Positions 31,896 to 42,292 of a stretch of DNA of 64,000 nucleotides are shown here, piece by piece; position 1 is the first letter of the stretch; each line of letters opens with the position of its first letter. Below the pieces are notes generated by a model. The model saw nothing but the letters and a program-made list of their open reading frames with translations, did not search any database and was not told the DNA's origin. Source of the DNA: Gammaproteobacteria bacterium (lineage in GTDB: Bacteria; Pseudomonadota; Gammaproteobacteria; UBA4575); contig CBDCUI010000008.1 of assembly GCA_965222615.1 (NCBI GenBank), positions 576,001-640,000 on the forward strand, in the 5' to 3' direction. A program made the translations under genes and the position numbers.

Positions 31896-32524
31896 AAGTT
31901 TTGTTAGTCGATGATCATGCCGTGGTGCGTGCTGGTTATCAGTTGTTGCTATCTCAATCCGATCAAGTTAAGGAAGTTATAGAGGCTGATTCCGGAGAAC
32001 AAGCATATAAACAGTATCAAGAACATCAACCCCATGTGGTGGTTATGGATTTATCGCTTCCGGGAATGAGTGGGCTTACTTGTATTCGTAAAATTATTTC
32101 ACGTGATGCTACAGCAAAAATTTTAGTTTTTAGTATCCACGATGAGTCTGTATATGTAACGCGCGCTTTAGAGGCCGGTGCAATTGGATATATTACCAAA
32201 AGTAGTGCATCAGAAACATTAGTGGAGGCAGTTAGTAAAGTTGCCCAAGGTGAAACATTTATCGAACCTGAAATTTCAAAGCGTATGCAAGCACACAAAT
32301 TTACTGACGTAGACTCTACGGTATTATCTGAGCTCTCGGCGCGAGAATTTGAAGTGTTTAGGCTTATTGCCAAGGGTTACACTGCACAAGATGTTGCAGA
32401 AACTTTGTTTTTAAGTGCGAAAACTGTTGCAAATTACAATACACAAATCAAATCTAAATTGAAGGTCAAAACAAATTCTGAATTGACTCGTTTAGCTTAT
32501 CGGCATGGTGTAATTGAAAAATAA
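31880..32524 (+). CDS. NarL/LuxR-family response regulator (MxaB/MxcE-like)
   Basis: LVDDHAVVRAG, MDLSLPG, LSAREFEVF HTH; overlaps the kinase stop. Confidence 0.92.
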   Translation: MAASLKVLLVDDHAVVRAGYQLLLSQSDQVKEVIEADSGEQAYKQYQEHQPHVVVMDLSLPGMSGLTCIRKIISRDATAKILVFSIHDESVYVTRALEAGAIGYITKSSASETLVEAVSKVAQGETFIEPEISKRMQAHKFTDVDSTVLSELSAREFEVFRLIAKGYTAQDVAETLFLSAKTVANYNTQIKSKLKVKTNSELTRLAYRHGVIEK

Positions 32525-32581
32525 TCTTACAATACTGATGTGCAATCACAATAAGATTAGACTTAGTATAAAAAACAAGTC

Positions 32582-32594
32582 AGGAATTTTTCCT
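32582..32594. promoter_or_regulatory. candidate activator site AGGAA-N3-TTCCT before TonB-dependent receptor
   Basis: Perfect 5-3-5 palindrome 1 bp upstream of a TTGTCT -35-like hexamer; similar sites at the pqqA and xoxF promoters. Confidence 0.5.
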
Positions 32595-32726
32595 ATTGTC
32601 TGACAATATGTAATCAAGCAAGCTTATAGCGAAATAAAAATACTTAGCAGAGTAACAGCCGATCGATTTCGATCAGTAAGGCTTGTTCATAATAATAATA
32701 TAAATAAGTGAAACAGGGAGTTGATG

Positions 32727-35015
32727 ATGGCTAAGACAAGTCTCGTTACATATGTCGCTTGTGTTTTATTTTCCATCACGTATACAACGGCGTCTGCTGA
32801 GAATCGTAAAGACACACTAGATGCGATTAACATCATCAGTACGACACCAGTCCCTGCAACCGGCATCCCGGAAAACCAAGTGCCTAATCGCGTTCAGGCA
32901 ATCGAAAGTGACGAAATTGAACAAGGAAATGTTCTGGGTATCACGGATTTTTTAAATTCAAATCTTGGTAGTGTCAACATCAATGCGGCACAAAATAATC
33001 CATTGCAACCAGATGTGCAGTTTCGTGGATTTACTGCCTCACCGTTACTGGGTTTACCTATTGGTTTAGCAGTGTATCAAAATGGGGTACGCATTAATGA
33101 ACCGTTGGGGGACACAGTCAATTGGGATTTAGTACCTAAAGATGCCATCGCAGATGTGCAGTTAATTGGTGGTGCAAACCCCTTGTTTGGTCTAAATGCG
33201 TTGGGTGGCGCATTAACATTACAAATGAAAAACGGATTCACACACCCTGGTCATCTTGCAGAAATTAATAGCGGCGAATTCTCTCGAACCACAGTGTCGT
33301 TACAAAGTGGCGGTAATAATGGTTCGCTTGCATATTATCTTAATTTCCATCGCTTTGAAGAGTCAGGTTGGCGAGACTTGTCTAGTTCTGATGCCAATAA
33401 TTATTTTGGAAGTTTTGGATATCGAAGTAAAAATATAAAGCTGAACTTAAATGTGCAACATGGCGATACAGATTTAACTGGTAATGGCGCTGCACCTATC
33501 GAATTACTAAAAGGAGAATATGATGCCATTTTCACCGCTCCTGATATTACTGAAAATGACATGACCATGGTGTCATTAGATGGTAACTATTGGCTTAATG
33601 ATGACATGTTGATATCTGGAACTACTTACTGGCGTGATAACGACACTGATTCCTTCAATGGAGATTTAGCAGAAGAAGATGACCCACCACCCGCACCGTT
33701 TGATGCGATTAATAACATCAGTGACCGAAGCCAAGAAACACGTGGTGCCACATTACAAGCGACACATTTTGGTACACTTTTTGATAAAGAGAATCAGTTT
33801 ACAGTGGGCACTGGTGTTCATCATGGAAGATCAGAATTTGAAGCTCAAGTACAATTTGCAACACTTGATCCTGCAACTCGTTCCACAACCACTTCCGGTG
33901 CAACAACAGGACCTTTTGATGATGATGAAACCGATGTAAATACACGCACGGTCAGTACTAGTATATATGCGACTGATACGCTTTCGATGAGTGATAAATT
34001 AACACTGACGTTATCAGCTCGTTATGATAAAACACGCATACGATTGCGTGATCGTTCTGGGGAGCAACCTGAGCTAGATGGCAATCATACTTTCAGTCGC
34101 GTCAATCCTGCAGTTGGGCTTACCTACCAACTAAATCCTGCAATTAATCTTTACGGGAGTTATAGTGAATCTTCACGAGCACCCACTCCAATTGAATTGT
34201 CTTGTAGTGAGGAGGTTTTGGATTTAGCCGATGATCCTGATGATGTGGAGTGCCGATTACCGAATGCGTTTTTGGCTGATCCACCACTTGATGATGTAGT
34301 TGCGAAAAATTTTGAATTAGGATTGCGTGGTTTTAGTACTGATCAAAAGTGGAATTGGCATGTGGGCGCGTTTCATACCGATAATGAAGACGATATTATT
34401 TTTCAATCTACAGGTCGTGCCACGGGTCTGTTCAAAAATGTAGATGAAACTCGGCGTTTAGGGGTAGAAGCGTATTTAGGGAATCGTGGTGATAGATATC
34501 AGTGGGCAATTAACTATAGCTATTTGAAAGCCACTTTCGAGGATGACTTTTTAGTATTAAGTCCAAATCATCCCGCAGCAGCTGATTTGGATGGCGATGG
34601 AGAGGATGAAGAATTGCAAGTGAAATCGGGAGATTCAATACCGGGTTTCCCAGAACATTCTTTAAAAGTCACGGGATCCTACGAAATTTTTCAAAAATTT
34701 TCTTTTGGTGCTGAATGGTTGGTCAATGATGGTCAATATTTGCGAGGTGACGAATCTAATCAACTTAGTCGAACACCCGGGTATGGTATTTTAAATTTAA
34801 CCGCCAGCTATCAACCACATCCTCAAGTAGAAATATTTGCTCGCGTGGATAATGTATTTGATAAAGAATTTTTCACATTTGGATTGTTGGGTGAAGAACC
34901 TGATGAAGCTCCAGGCTTGGATGATTTCGAAGACCCACGGTTTTTCGGTGCTGGATCGGAACGTGGGGCCTGGGTAGGACTACGCGTAAAGTTTGGTAAA
35001 GAAGAGAAAAATTAG
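32727..35015 (+). CDS. TonB-dependent receptor, probable lanthanide uptake (LanA/LutH-like)
   Basis: Plug motifs RGFTASPLLG, NGVRINEP.GD.VNWD, FGLNALGG; SRAPTPIELSC..C.LPNAFLADPPL; located in the xoxF region; GGGAG RBS. Confidence 0.85.
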   Translation: MAKTSLVTYVACVLFSITYTTASAENRKDTLDAINIISTTPVPATGIPENQVPNRVQAIESDEIEQGNVLGITDFLNSNLGSVNINAAQNNPLQPDVQFRGFTASPLLGLPIGLAVYQNGVRINEPLGDTVNWDLVPKDAIADVQLIGGANPLFGLNALGGALTLQMKNGFTHPGHLAEINSGEFSRTTVSLQSGGNNGSLAYYLNFHRFEESGWRDLSSSDANNYFGSFGYRSKNIKLNLNVQHGDTDLTGNGAAPIELLKGEYDAIFTAPDITENDMTMVSLDGNYWLNDDMLISGTTYWRDNDTDSFNGDLAEEDDPPPAPFDAINNISDRSQETRGATLQATHFGTLFDKENQFTVGTGVHHGRSEFEAQVQFATLDPATRSTTTSGATTGPFDDDETDVNTRTVSTSIYATDTLSMSDKLTLTLSARYDKTRIRLRDRSGEQPELDGNHTFSRVNPAVGLTYQLNPAINLYGSYSESSRAPTPIELSCSEEVLDLADDPDDVECRLPNAFLADPPLDDVVAKNFELGLRGFSTDQKWNWHVGAFHTDNEDDIIFQSTGRATGLFKNVDETRRLGVEAYLGNRGDRYQWAINYSYLKATFEDDFLVLSPNHPAAADLDGDGEDEELQVKSGDSIPGFPEHSLKVTGSYEIFQKFSFGAEWLVNDGQYLRGDESNQLSRTPGYGILNLTASYQPHPQVEIFARVDNVFDKEFFTFGLLGEEPDEAPGLDDFEDPRFFGAGSERGAWVGLRVKFGKEEKN

Positions 35016-35478
35016 TAATTATTTCATCACATAAATTTAAACATCAATTTATCGTTGTATTCTGTCAAGTCTAGAGAATATAAAGAGAATTCTCATTTTT
35101 TTTACACCTAATTCTGTCCGAGAACAAATATCTTAAATGAGCATCTAAAAATTTAGTTTTTAACCAGTCCGTAATAAAGGTATTTATAATTTTATTAATA
35201 TTCCTAATTTTATTAATTAGAGGGTTTGTTAAAAAACTGGTTGAAATGGAAACCAGTTGAGAATTAATCTCTGAAAAGTTATGAAAGCCCTTCTTATTTT
35301 ATCTGGCTTTGATAAATTAACATATTTAGAACAGTTGCTTGGCTTAATATGTTTATTTCTCGATCTGGTTAACATTAGAATGCGCTCTTGAAGACTTAAT
35401 TTATAAACTAAATGATGGTCTTCTGAGAGAACTAGGGCTTACGTGTTAGTCAGTTAACAACGTTATAAAGAGAGCGAT

Positions 35479-36210
35479 ATGGAAGAAGATGTAGGGAAAT
35501 TAGAAACTTTTGATGGTGTTGAAAATTCTTTACAACCGTTAGAGGCTGGTACGCAAAATCTAACATCCACAATAAGCAATAACAGTTGGTCGATAGAAAG
35601 ATTGATTGAATTTTTTGAAATAGGTGGCCCTGTATCGGTAATACTGCTAGTTCTTTCTATTGTGGCGTTGACAGTGACATTAATGAAATTATGGCAATTT
35701 TGCTTTGTTCAGTTAAATGCACGGAAATTTATTGAACCTGCTTTATCTAAATGGAAAGACGGAGATTACAAGTCAGCGGAAAAGATATTAACTGAATCAA
35801 GAAGCCCTATAGCACGTGTCATGCAAACAGCTATGTATGTAATAAATAACAAATATAACGCTGAGCTTGGGCGTGAAGAGGTCTTACGTGTTGCGACGAA
35901 TGAAATGGTTTCGGCGCGGCGCTATTTAAAAGTACTAGATTTAATTGCCACCCTTAGCCCGTTACTTGGGTTGCTTGGAACAGTATTTGGCATGATCGAA
36001 GCATTTAAGCGTTTAGAAGAGGCCGGTAGCACTGTTGACCCATCTATATTGTCTGGTGGCATTTGGGAGGCTTTGTTAACTACTGCTATGGGATTGAGTG
36101 TTGCAATTCCAGTAGTGTTTGTGCTGGGTTGGTTTGAGCAGCGGATTGCACAATTTCAAGTTACGATGGAAGATGCTATGACGCGAGTATTTACCTTGCA
36201 CACTGAATAA
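35479..36210 (+). CDS. exbB: MotA/TolQ/ExbB proton channel
   Basis: SPLLGLLGTVFGMIEAF, GGIWEALLTTAMGL. Confidence 0.92.
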   Translation: MEEDVGKLETFDGVENSLQPLEAGTQNLTSTISNNSWSIERLIEFFEIGGPVSVILLVLSIVALTVTLMKLWQFCFVQLNARKFIEPALSKWKDGDYKSAEKILTESRSPIARVMQTAMYVINNKYNAELGREEVLRVATNEMVSARRYLKVLDLIATLSPLLGLLGTVFGMIEAFKRLEEAGSTVDPSILSGGIWEALLTTAMGLSVAIPVVFVLGWFEQRIAQFQVTMEDAMTRVFTLHTE

Positions 36211-36275
36211 AAGAATTTTTGTTTATGACTTGCTGCATAACAAAGCTTCGTAAAACGCTGTAAATCTATATTTCA

Positions 36276-36674
36276 ATGCAACTATCCAACACACAAGCCA
36301 AACCATCGTTTATTAGTTTGACGCCTCTAATTGATGTTGTTTTTATTTTGCTAGTCTTTTTCATGCTTGCTTCAAGCTTTGTAGATTGGCAGTTTATTGA
36401 GCTCGGAATTGGAAGTGCAGAAGAAGTACGTGCTGATAGTCGTAGTATCAGTACTATTACATTGAAACCTGAAGGCGTCTACGAATTGAATGGAGTCAAC
36501 ATGGATGTATCTGAGATTATAAAAACCGTTCAAGAACGTAGTCAAAAGAATTTTGATCACCCTATTTTGATCCAGCCGTTGGAAGGTGTTCCATTACAGG
36601 TTTTGGTATCGTTGCTTAATGAGATTCATAGTTTTGCAGCCGACAATGTTTCATTAATCAAAGAAGAGTTATAA
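36276..36674 (+). CDS. exbD: ExbD/TolR protein
   Basis: SLTPLIDVVFILLVFFML. Confidence 0.92.
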   Translation: MQLSNTQAKPSFISLTPLIDVVFILLVFFMLASSFVDWQFIELGIGSAEEVRADSRSISTITLKPEGVYELNGVNMDVSEIIKTVQERSQKNFDHPILIQPLEGVPLQVLVSLLNEIHSFAADNVSLIKEEL

Positions 36675-36677
36675 ATT

Positions 36678-37082
36678 TTGCAACTTAAACCTCAACCAAA
36701 AACCCAACCACGGGAAAATATTTTACCACTAATAAATGTGGTTTTCCTGCTGCTTATCTTTTTTATGTTAGCTGGCGCATTTACTGATCCTGAATTATTT
36801 AAGATAAATATACCAACCGCCACAAATGATAATAACGCCGACAAAAAAACTTTAATGTTACTCATGAACTCAGACGGGGAGCTGGCTTTTAATAATTCCC
36901 AAGTCAGCCAAGAAGAGTTGAGAGCAATCATTATCAATAAAGTAGCAAATAGTTCTCTCTTTCAAATTCAATTGAAAGCTGATGCTGATGTCGATGCAAT
37001 TCGATTAGTAGAACTGATGGAGATGTTAAGTGATACAGGTTTGAAATCTTTGCATTTGTTAACAGTCTCGCCTGAATCTTAA
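36678..37082 (+). CDS. exbD: second ExbD (Asn in place of the TM Asp)
   Basis: NILPLINVVFLLLIFFML, LKADA. Confidence 0.9.
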   Translation: MQLKPQPKTQPRENILPLINVVFLLLIFFMLAGAFTDPELFKINIPTATNDNNADKKTLMLLMNSDGELAFNNSQVSQEELRAIIINKVANSSLFQIQLKADADVDAIRLVELMEMLSDTGLKSLHLLTVSPES

Positions 37083-37093
37083 CTTTAAATTTT

Positions 37094-37822
37094 ATGGTGC
37101 TATCACAGGAACTATTTCAATTTGATTTTAAACAATGGCTGTTAGCATTTTTGCTTGCAATTTTTGCGCACGCTCTTTTCTTTTTATCAATCGTGCAAGA
37201 TAAGCAATCCGCTACAGAACCCTTGCAGCAAAAAAGATTTGTTATTCAATTAAAAAATATTACTCGTCCACCTAAAGTGGCACCTGCTCCTATTGTTCAA
37301 CCAAGAGTCGAACCGTTACCTTTAGAGGAACCGATTGCAAAACCACAACCGCAAGTTAAACCAAAACCAAAACCAAAACCAAAACCAAAACCAATTCAAG
37401 AGTCCGCAGAACACCTTAAGGTTGCACCAGAAGAAAGTAATCCGCCAACCATTGATCCCGTGCCTGTAAATGTGCAAAAGGATATTACTGAGCCGGTTAT
37501 ACCAACACTTGCTAAAGTCGATACGGTGTTAAAAGACAAATATGAGTCTCAATTGCTCGCGTGGTTGGAAAGACATAAAAAATATCCAAATGCAGCTCGT
37601 CGTCGAGGTCTACAAGGAACCGTGACCTTGGAATTTTCTATAAACGCAAAAGGCGAGGTATTAACTTATAAAATAGTGCAGCCATCTGAACATACATCAT
37701 TAAATGATGCAGTGGTAAAATTGATCAAACGAGCTTCTCCTTTACCTCCAATACCCCGAGAGCTGCTCCAAGATAAAGCACAGTTGTCATACACGATACC
37801 AATCCATTACAAATTAAAGTGA
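37094..37822 (+). CDS. tonB: energy transducer TonB
   Basis: TM with AIFAH, Pro-rich (KP)6 linker, KYPNAARRRGLQG C-terminal domain. Confidence 0.92.
   Translation: MVLSQELFQFDFKQWLLAFLLAIFAHALFFLSIVQDKQSATEPLQQKRFVIQLKNITRPPKVAPAPIVQPRVEPLPLEEPIAKPQPQVKPKPKPKPKPKPIQESAEHLKVAPEESNPPTIDPVPVNVQKDITEPVIPTLAKVDTVLKDKYESQLLAWLERHKKYPNAARRRGLQGTVTLEFSINAKGEVLTYKIVQPSEHTSLNDAVVKLIKRASPLPPIPRELLQDKAQLSYTIPIHYKLK
37358..37393 (+). repeat. (AAACCA)6 coding repeat in the tonB linker
   Basis: Six perfect hexamers encoding KP. Confidence 0.9.
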
Positions 37823-37974
37823 TCAATACTAAATGTAGTGTAAGTTGTGTATATATGCGAAGTGTTTGTTGAGATTTGTTATTGGTTTGGTAAATTTAGT
37901 ATGAACTTTGTTATAGACTACATCGTCAAATTAAATAGGCTATAGAAAGCAGAAACACGTTATTCCATATAGTT

Positions 37975-38580
37975 ATGAAATCACAATATTTACTAATTAC
38001 ATTAGGCATCCTATTTTTTTTGCAGTGCTATACATATGCTGAAGATGCGCCGGATAATTGGCCATGTATACAGCGGTTCGTGCCAGAGCTGTCTGCCGCG
38101 ACAATTTGGCCAGAACAATTGGCAGATACTGAGTCATCACAAACCAACGATGCGGTAACTTCTGAGCTTATCAATAAGCTTGCAGATCGGCATGAAAAAC
38201 TTGATGAAGTTCAAGTGCAAGTTGACAAAATTTTAAAGCAGCAAAGTGACGATAAGGCAGATAAAGCAAATAAATTGTTTGCCGGGGTTTTTACACAAAT
38301 ACAAAATGAACGTAAGCGTATAATAAAAGGGATATTTCGTTACACTGATCGCCAACGCAAGCTAGGCGAGCGCATCGAAAACCAACGTAAAATACTTAAA
38401 TCTAATGAAGATAGTCCGGAACTAGATACAAAAGCGCTTGAAGATTTACAGGTTCGGCAGGCGTGGGATATTCGTGTATTTCGCGACCGAGAGCGTCAGC
38501 TTAATTATTTATGTGAACAACCGGTTAAAATGGAACAGCGCTTATTCTCCATTGCTAGATTGTTGCAAGGCTATTTGTAG
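37975..38580 (+). CDS. exported conserved hypothetical protein of PQQ/lanthanide dehydrogenase loci
   Basis: Signal peptide; PDNWPCIQR..PELS..IW and WD.R.F..R...L.Y.CE.PV..EQRL motifs. Confidence 0.65.
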   Translation: MKSQYLLITLGILFFLQCYTYAEDAPDNWPCIQRFVPELSAATIWPEQLADTESSQTNDAVTSELINKLADRHEKLDEVQVQVDKILKQQSDDKADKANKLFAGVFTQIQNERKRIIKGIFRYTDRQRKLGERIENQRKILKSNEDSPELDTKALEDLQVRQAWDIRVFRDRERQLNYLCEQPVKMEQRLFSIARLLQGYL

Positions 38581-38606
38581 AACAACTAGCAATACAAAAC
38601 AATAAT

Positions 38607-39095
38607 TCAAAAATTACTAGCGCTTGCCTGACGCTTATCTTCTGGTGGACATTGTAAGCGATGAAAATTTCGCATAGCCATGATGAATCTTAGGTTGTTG
38701 TGCTGTACTTTATTGTGTTTTAACCAAAGAGATTGTAGCTCATAGGCTTGAGCTTCACGTGTCTTCCAGGTCAAGCAGTCTGTCTGCTTTACAGAGAGTT
38801 GATATTTATACTGTACGTAGTGAACAAGCTCGTGTAGGACAATGCTACGGTCGAACATGTTATGCGTAAAATTTAAATCCTGACTTAAATATACGTTATC
38901 TCCAGGCGGAGGCACCCAGCCTTTAATACCTTTTATGCTATTGTAATTTGCACATGGTTGTTCGCAGACGAATTCAGCAATCTCGTCTTCAGCCATGAAT
39001 ACAATATGTGGAGGACTAATATCATTAAATAGACCCAATTCCGTTTGGATAAAGAGTAAAAGTCCAATCAACAGTTCAGATGTGGGTTCACTCAT
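38607..39095 (-). CDS. DUF6647-like protein with HExxH zincin motif
   Basis: SIVLHELVHYVQ...E.QAY.LQ..WL. Confidence 0.65.
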   Translation of the reverse strand: MSEPTSELLIGLLLFIQTELGLFNDISPPHIVFMAEDEIAEFVCEQPCANYNSIKGIKGWVPPPGDNVYLSQDLNFTHNMFDRSIVLHELVHYVQYKYQLSVKQTDCLTWKTREAQAYELQSLWLKHNKVQHNNLRFIMAMRNFHRLQCPPEDKRQASASNF

Positions 39096-39234
39096 GGGTC
39101 AATCTCGCTAAGATTCTGTGATGCCGTTTGTCTGACAGTAATATACAATTTACAGGTATTAAACAATGGAATATCTATATAGGCGGTCTCAATTTGCTGA
39201 AATAAAGTCAAATTTATGTTTATTGAATTTAGTG

Positions 39235-39416
39235 AAGTAATAATCGTTGACTATAGCGTATATGTATATTTGTCTTTAGGAATAGAACAAATCTAATTTA
39301 GTCTAATTAATTCAATAATATATGTAAATTCTAAGTTGCTTATAAGTAATTATCGTTGACCGAACTATTATAACCCATAGAAATAATAAGGTCTCTTTAA
39401 AGAAAAAATCCTAGAC
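39235..39416. promoter_or_regulatory. three copies of a 17-bp motif in the xoxF promoter
   Basis: AAGTAATAATCGTTGAC (39235), AAGTAATTATCGTTGAC (39344), AAGAAAAAATCCTAGAC (39400). Confidence 0.55.
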
Positions 39417-39570
39417 ATAAAATTTTTTTCTATTAGTATTAGCGGTCTAGACAGCTGGTCTTGTTAAACCTAATAAAGCCTAAAAGCTTTGTAAAAAAAT
39501 ATGGCAGGGCTGGCAGAGAGTCTTGAAAACGAAAAATTATACTAAATCAATATCTAGGAGTCCTCTGAAG

Positions 39571-41391
39571 ATGAAAATCTATAAAGTTGGTTTAAGCTTA
39601 TGCATTGCCGTGTTGTTATCAATTACCTCCACGGTAACTGCAAACGAAGAGCTTATGAAAATGTCTCAAGACCCTAATCAGTGGGTCATGCCTGCAGGTG
39701 ATTTTTTTAACCAACGTTATTCTAAGCTTGATCAGATCAATGCAAAAAATGTTGGTGACTTAAAAGTTGCTTGGAGTTTTTCAACGGGTGTTTTACGTGG
39801 ACATGAAGGCGGTCCACTCATCATCGGTAATACGATGTATGTGCATACACCATTCCCTAATAAAGTTTTTGCGTTAGATCTGTCTAACGAACAACAAGTT
39901 CTTTGGGAATATGAACCAAAACAAGATCCTGAGATCATCCCGGTTATGTGCTGTGACACCGTCAACCGTGGTTTGGCATATGGAGATGGAAAAATTTTCC
40001 TCTACCAAGCGGATGCCAAGTTGGTTGCGCTTGATGCGAAGTCCGGCAAGTTGGTATGGAGTGCAAACAATCGTACCGTTGCTGGTCAACCCGGTGTAAA
40101 AGGTGATGTAGACCATCCTGGTGCAACGGGAACTTCTGCACCACACGTGTTCAAAGACAAAGTATTTGTTGGAATTTCCGGTGGTGAGTTTGGCGTTCGT
40201 GGCTCAATGACGGCGTATGACATCAAAACCGGTAAGCGAGTATGGCGCGGTTATTCGATGGGTCCCGATGCCGATACCTTAATGGATCCGAAGAAAACCA
40301 CTCATCTTGGTAAGCCGGTAGGTAAAGATTCTGGAATCAACACATGGGAAGGCGATCAATGGAAGATTGGTGGCGGTGCCACCTGGGGCTGGTTTTCATA
40401 TGATCCGGACTTGAATCTTATGTATTACGGCTCTGGAAATCCAAGTACTTGGAACCCAGTTCAACGCCCTGGCGACAACCGCTGGTCTATGACAATTTGG
40501 GCACGCGATGTAGATACGGGTATGGCCAAGTGGGTCTATCAAATGACTCCTCATGATGAGTGGGACTATGACGGCATAAACGAGATGATCCTGGCTGATA
40601 TCAAAGTCAAAGGTAAAGATCGTAAGACGCTGGTTCACTTCGATCGTAACGGCTTTGGCTATACAATGGATCGTGTAACAGGTGAACTGTTAACAGCTGA
40701 GAAGTTTGATCCTGCAGTAAACTGGGCTACCCATGTAGACATGAAAACGGGACGTCCCCAAGTAGTTAGCAAGTACAGCACTGAGCAAAATGGCGAAGAT
40801 GTAAACTCAACAGGTATTTGCCCAGCAGCACTGGGCTCTAAAGACCAACAACCCGCTGCATTCTCACCGAGAACGGGGTTGTTCTATGTTCCTACCAATC
40901 ACGTATGCATGGACTATGAACCATTCCGTGTTAGCTATACAGCTGGCCAACCTTATGTAGGTGCAACCCTAGCGATGTATCCTGCACCGGGTGGTGATCA
41001 TATGGGTAACTTCATTGCTTGGGATGCAGACAAAGGTGAAATTGTCTGGTCCATCGATGAACGTTTTTCTGTATGGAGTGGTGCTTTAGTAACTGCAGGT
41101 GATATTGCTTTTTACGGTACTCTTGAAGGGTATCTAAAAGCAGTTGATATCAAAACCGGTAAAGAACTTTATAAGTTCAAAACCCCTTCAGGCATCATTG
41201 GCAATGTGACTACCTACATGCATGATGGTAAGCAATACATAGCTATACTATCTGGCATTGGTGGCTGGGCCGGTATCGGCATGGCTGCTGGCCTTACTGA
41301 GGACTCTGATGGACTTGGTGCTGTAGGCGGCTATCGTCACTTGCAAAACTACACCCGCCTGGGTGGAGTGTTGACGGTTTTTTCTCTTTAA
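39571..41391 (+). CDS. xoxF: lanthanide-dependent PQQ methanol dehydrogenase XoxF (probably clade 5)
   Basis: [32 protein letters not shown] with the extra Ln-binding Asp at 40570-40572 (MxaF has Ala); AGGAG RBS before ATG 39571. Confidence 0.97.
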   Translation: MKIYKVGLSLCIAVLLSITSTVTANEELMKMSQDPNQWVMPAGDFFNQRYSKLDQINAKNVGDLKVAWSFSTGVLRGHEGGPLIIGNTMYVHTPFPNKVFALDLSNEQQVLWEYEPKQDPEIIPVMCCDTVNRGLAYGDGKIFLYQADAKLVALDAKSGKLVWSANNRTVAGQPGVKGDVDHPGATGTSAPHVFKDKVFVGISGGEFGVRGSMTAYDIKTGKRVWRGYSMGPDADTLMDPKKTTHLGKPVGKDSGINTWEGDQWKIGGGATWGWFSYDPDLNLMYYGSGNPSTWNPVQRPGDNRWSMTIWARDVDTGMAKWVYQMTPHDEWDYDGINEMILADIKVKGKDRKTLVHFDRNGFGYTMDRVTGELLTAEKFDPAVNWATHVDMKTGRPQVVSKYSTEQNGEDVNSTGICPAALGSKDQQPAAFSPRTGLFYVPTNHVCMDYEPFRVSYTAGQPYVGATLAMYPAPGGDHMGNFIAWDADKGEIVWSIDERFSVWSGALVTAGDIAFYGTLEGYLKAVDIKTGKELYKFKTPSGIIGNVTTYMHDGKQYIAILSGIGGWAGIGMAAGLTEDSDGLGAVGGYRHLQNYTRLGGVLTVFSL

Positions 41392-41459
41392 TCTAGTTAC
41401 TTAATTGAGGTAAAAAAGTAACTTTTAAAATAGAGTCATAGAAGACTACATTTAAATTA

Positions 41460-41504
41460 AGTCCGGTATCTCGATGTATTATTCATCGGATGCCGGGCTT
41501 TTTT
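41460..41504 (+). terminator. terminator/attenuator between xoxF and xoxG
   Basis: AGTCCGGTATC...GATGCCGGGCTTTTTT. Confidence 0.8.
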
Positions 41505-41566
41505 GCGTTTAAAAAAATTAAAGCCTAATTGGTGATTATTTCCACACGGTTTTAAGAGGTAGACAA

Positions 41567-42247
41567 ATGGATATTTCTAATAATAAATTTTTTCAGACAA
41601 ATCATATTTTATTGTTTGTATTGCTGGTGTTTTCGTTAGCAATATTTGTTTCTTGTAGTGAAGAGGTGAAACAAGAGGCCAAAGAAACGGTATCTGAAGT
41701 AAAAGAATCTGTTGAAGAGGTTGCTCTGGAAACAACTGAAGCCGTGTCTGAGATGACAGAAACTGTCGAAGAAAAGGCACAAGAAATCATGAAAAGCGAA
41801 CCGGAAACTGTTGCTGAAGCAAGTAGCAGTGAAGCAGAAACTTCAAATATGGAAGAATCTACCGATGGTGATAAACCCTATACAGTTAGTGCTGATGGAA
41901 AAGTCGATTGGTACACTTTTAATGGTTATCGCCGCTATCATTCCGAGTGTCATGTGTGTCATGGCCCTGCTGGACTAGGAAGCTCCTTTGCTCCGGATTT
42001 AACAAAATCCGTAGTGACTATGGGTTATGAAGGCTATCTGGAAACTGTAGTAAATGGTAGACAGGTTGTAAGCAACACTGCCACCCAGAATATGCCTTCG
42101 TTTGCAACCAATAAGAACGTCATGTGTTACGTCGATGATATTTATGCTTACTTGGTGGCGCGTGCTGATGGTGTGGTGGGTAGAGAACGGCCCGACAAGG
42201 AAGCTAAGCCACAAGAAGCAATGGAAAGAGATGAAACTTGTATGTAA
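41567..42247 (+). CDS. xoxG: cytochrome c XoxG with lipoprotein signal and acidic linker
   Basis: VDWYTFNGYRRYHSECHVCHGP, MPSF..N.NVMCY.DD.Y.YL.AR; lipobox FVSC at Cys30. Confidence 0.9.
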   Translation: MDISNNKFFQTNHILLFVLLVFSLAIFVSCSEEVKQEAKETVSEVKESVEEVALETTEAVSEMTETVEEKAQEIMKSEPETVAEASSSEAETSNMEESTDGDKPYTVSADGKVDWYTFNGYRRYHSECHVCHGPAGLGSSFAPDLTKSVVTMGYEGYLETVVNGRQVVSNTATQNMPSFATNKNVMCYVDDIYAYLVARADGVVGRERPDKEAKPQEAMERDETCM

Positions 42248-42292
42248 TTACATAGATCAAATTAGGAATCATTGCGTTTTTACTAAATAAAA

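Noticed and set aside
35016-35478. Long AT-rich gap before exbB with GAGAATTCTC and AACTGGTT..AACCAGTT inverted repeats
   Set aside because: Poor fit to the Fur consensus, no ORF and no recognisable riboswitch
37358-37393. (AAACCA)6 as a phase-variation tract
   Set aside because: In-frame hexamer encoding the normal TonB Lys-Pro linker
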